Shown piece after piece: positions 62,391 to 64,000 of a DNA stretch of 64,000 bases. Position 1 is the first letter of the stretch. The number at the start of each line of letters is the position of its first letter. Both the position numbers and the translations under genes were made by a program. The notes beneath the pieces were generated by a model. That model was given only the letters and a program-made list of their open reading frames with translations. It was not told the DNA's origin and did not search any database. Source of the DNA: Mobula hypostoma (lineage: Eukaryota); assembly GCF_963921235.1 (NCBI RefSeq), contig NC_086097.1, positions 140,370,001-140,434,000 of the forward strand, given 5' to 3'.

Positions 62391-63237
62391 CTGCAAGGCA
62401 AGATTACTGTTAACATTTCTGAATTAAGATCTGCATTATCCTGCTCAGTTTTTAAGCTATAATTGGGGAAAAATTACTGCTGAAGTATCATTGACTTCAA
62501 ATATTAACTCCTTCTTTCTCCACGCAACTAAGTATTTCTAGCATTTTCTGTTTCTATCATAGTCTTTAATTTTATTTTTTATTTCAGAGTAATGCCTTGC
62601 TGTGTAATTGTTTCCCCATGATTCTCTACCTTTACCCTAACAAACTTTTGGCGATGAGACAAGGAGGAATTTATTCCAATGTTCTCTGCAATTATTAGTG
62701 GTTGTGCTCTGTATATTATCACAAGAACTATGGTTTCTGAGCCAGGATCAAGATTTGTTCTCTTCAAAGGTCTTTTAATTTCTGTGTCAGGAAATAAAAA
62801 ACTTTTGCAAAATTGGCTTAATGAAAAAACTAGCCATATTTAAACCCATAAGATATGCAAACAAACTATTAGTAGGGCTCTGCTTCCATAACAATCTCAT
62901 TATCAGACTCTTCAAGTACTCTGCTTCAAAATTTACAGTGTTGTATAGTGATTAGGATTTTTGCTGTTGTGGTAATAAACTTGGTGTTCATTATAATAAC
63001 CAAACAGCCAAATACTATTACAATAAATTGCCAGTTATTATTGAGAACAGCTCTACAGAATTGTATATTATCAAGTATGAGACTTAAACTCACATGTGCA
63101 TAACACCTTTAAGGCATTCCAAGGTGTTAGCAAATATGAACATTTGAAGTAGGAATACAAAAGTCTCTTGAATCTGCTGCACTATTTCATATGATAGCTG
63201 ATCGCATTAGTAACCTCAAATTTGCATTCTTGTCTGG

Positions 63238-64000
63238 AAACATGAAATATAGAAAAGTATAGCACAGCAACTGGTCCTGCAGCCCACAAGGGTTGTGCCA
63301 AACTAACTAGTAATCAAATGCCAAATTACACTACTCCCTTCTGCCTAATTGTCTAAGAGCCCTTTGAATGCCTCCACTGTACTTGCCCCCACCACCACCC
63401 AAGGCAGCACATTCCAGGCACCCATCATTCCCTCCAAGTGTTACAACAAACTTGCTCCACATATTTCCATTGAAAATACTCCCTCTCCCTTCAAATGTAT
63501 GTCATCTAGTATCAGACATTTTAACCCTGGGTAAAAATAATGACCGTCTCCTCTGGCGTGATTCTATCAACCTTAACAGTTCCCCTCAGCCTCTCCACAG
63601 AAAACAACCCAAGTTTGTCCAACCACTCCTTACAACACCTGTCTAATCTATGCAGCATCCTGATAAAGCTTTTTTTTAAAAAAAAACCCTTTCCAAAGCC
63701 TTCACATCCTTCATATTATGTTCTTTCATGCCCTGTTTATCTTCCATCATAATACTCAGAAGACTTCCTTCCACTGCCCTTTGAGGAAGAGATATCCAGA
63801 GATTCATGATCATCTAAAAACTTGCATCATCACACTTACAGAGGTGTCCCTTCATTTTTAAATAGTGATCCCCTCGTTCCCAAATATCCCACAAAAGAGA
63901 ATATCTTTACATCAATTCTGTGATCATTAATGTTTTAATTAAGAACTCTCACACTCTTCTGAGCTCTAGTGTATAGAAACTTATCTGTACAATGTTTCCT
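63238..64000 (-). mobile_element. Old CR1-type 3' fragments
   Basis: Degenerate reverse-complement CR1 3' UTR and ORF2 C-terminus (ggcagcacattccaggcaccc..., agagattcatg...). Confidence 0.6.

Noticed and set aside
62579..62767. Minus-strand ORF near BBS9 exons, possible upstream exon
   Set aside because: The translation does not match the expected upstream BBS9 sequence and has no convincing splice pair. A micro-exon in 62393-64000 cannot be excluded by eye.

Overview
This is eukaryotic (vertebrate) genomic DNA, inferred to be from a cartilaginous fish, probably a ray, on the basis of HE1-like V-SINEs and HER1/CR1-type LINEs. The window lies within the BBS9 (PTHB1, BBSome subunit) gene on the minus strand. 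Four consecutive coding exons with canonical GT-AG boundaries and compatible phases are present: 62250-62390, 61383-61478, 50208-50380 and 42383-42535. No further BBS9 exon was recognised in 1-42382, which therefore appears to be a >42 kb intron. Most of the remaining sequence is transposon-derived: CR1-type and Rex1/Babar-type LINEs, Penelope-like elements carrying minimal hammerhead-ribozyme motifs, tRNA-derived SINEs, a solo LTR, hAT elements (8-bp and unusual 6-bp TSD), Tigger/pogo and Tc1-like DNA elements, and a non-autonomous Helitron. The Helitron retains an open 177-aa ORF of 23-residue STPR-like repeats. Several elements are nested or chimeric. No prokaryotic features, CRISPR arrays, rRNA or genuine tRNA genes were seen. 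Most long ORFs in the supplied track are TE remnants or their antisense shadows. Family names come from recognition of motifs, not database searches, and boundaries of old repeats are approximate unless a TSD/TIR is quoted.
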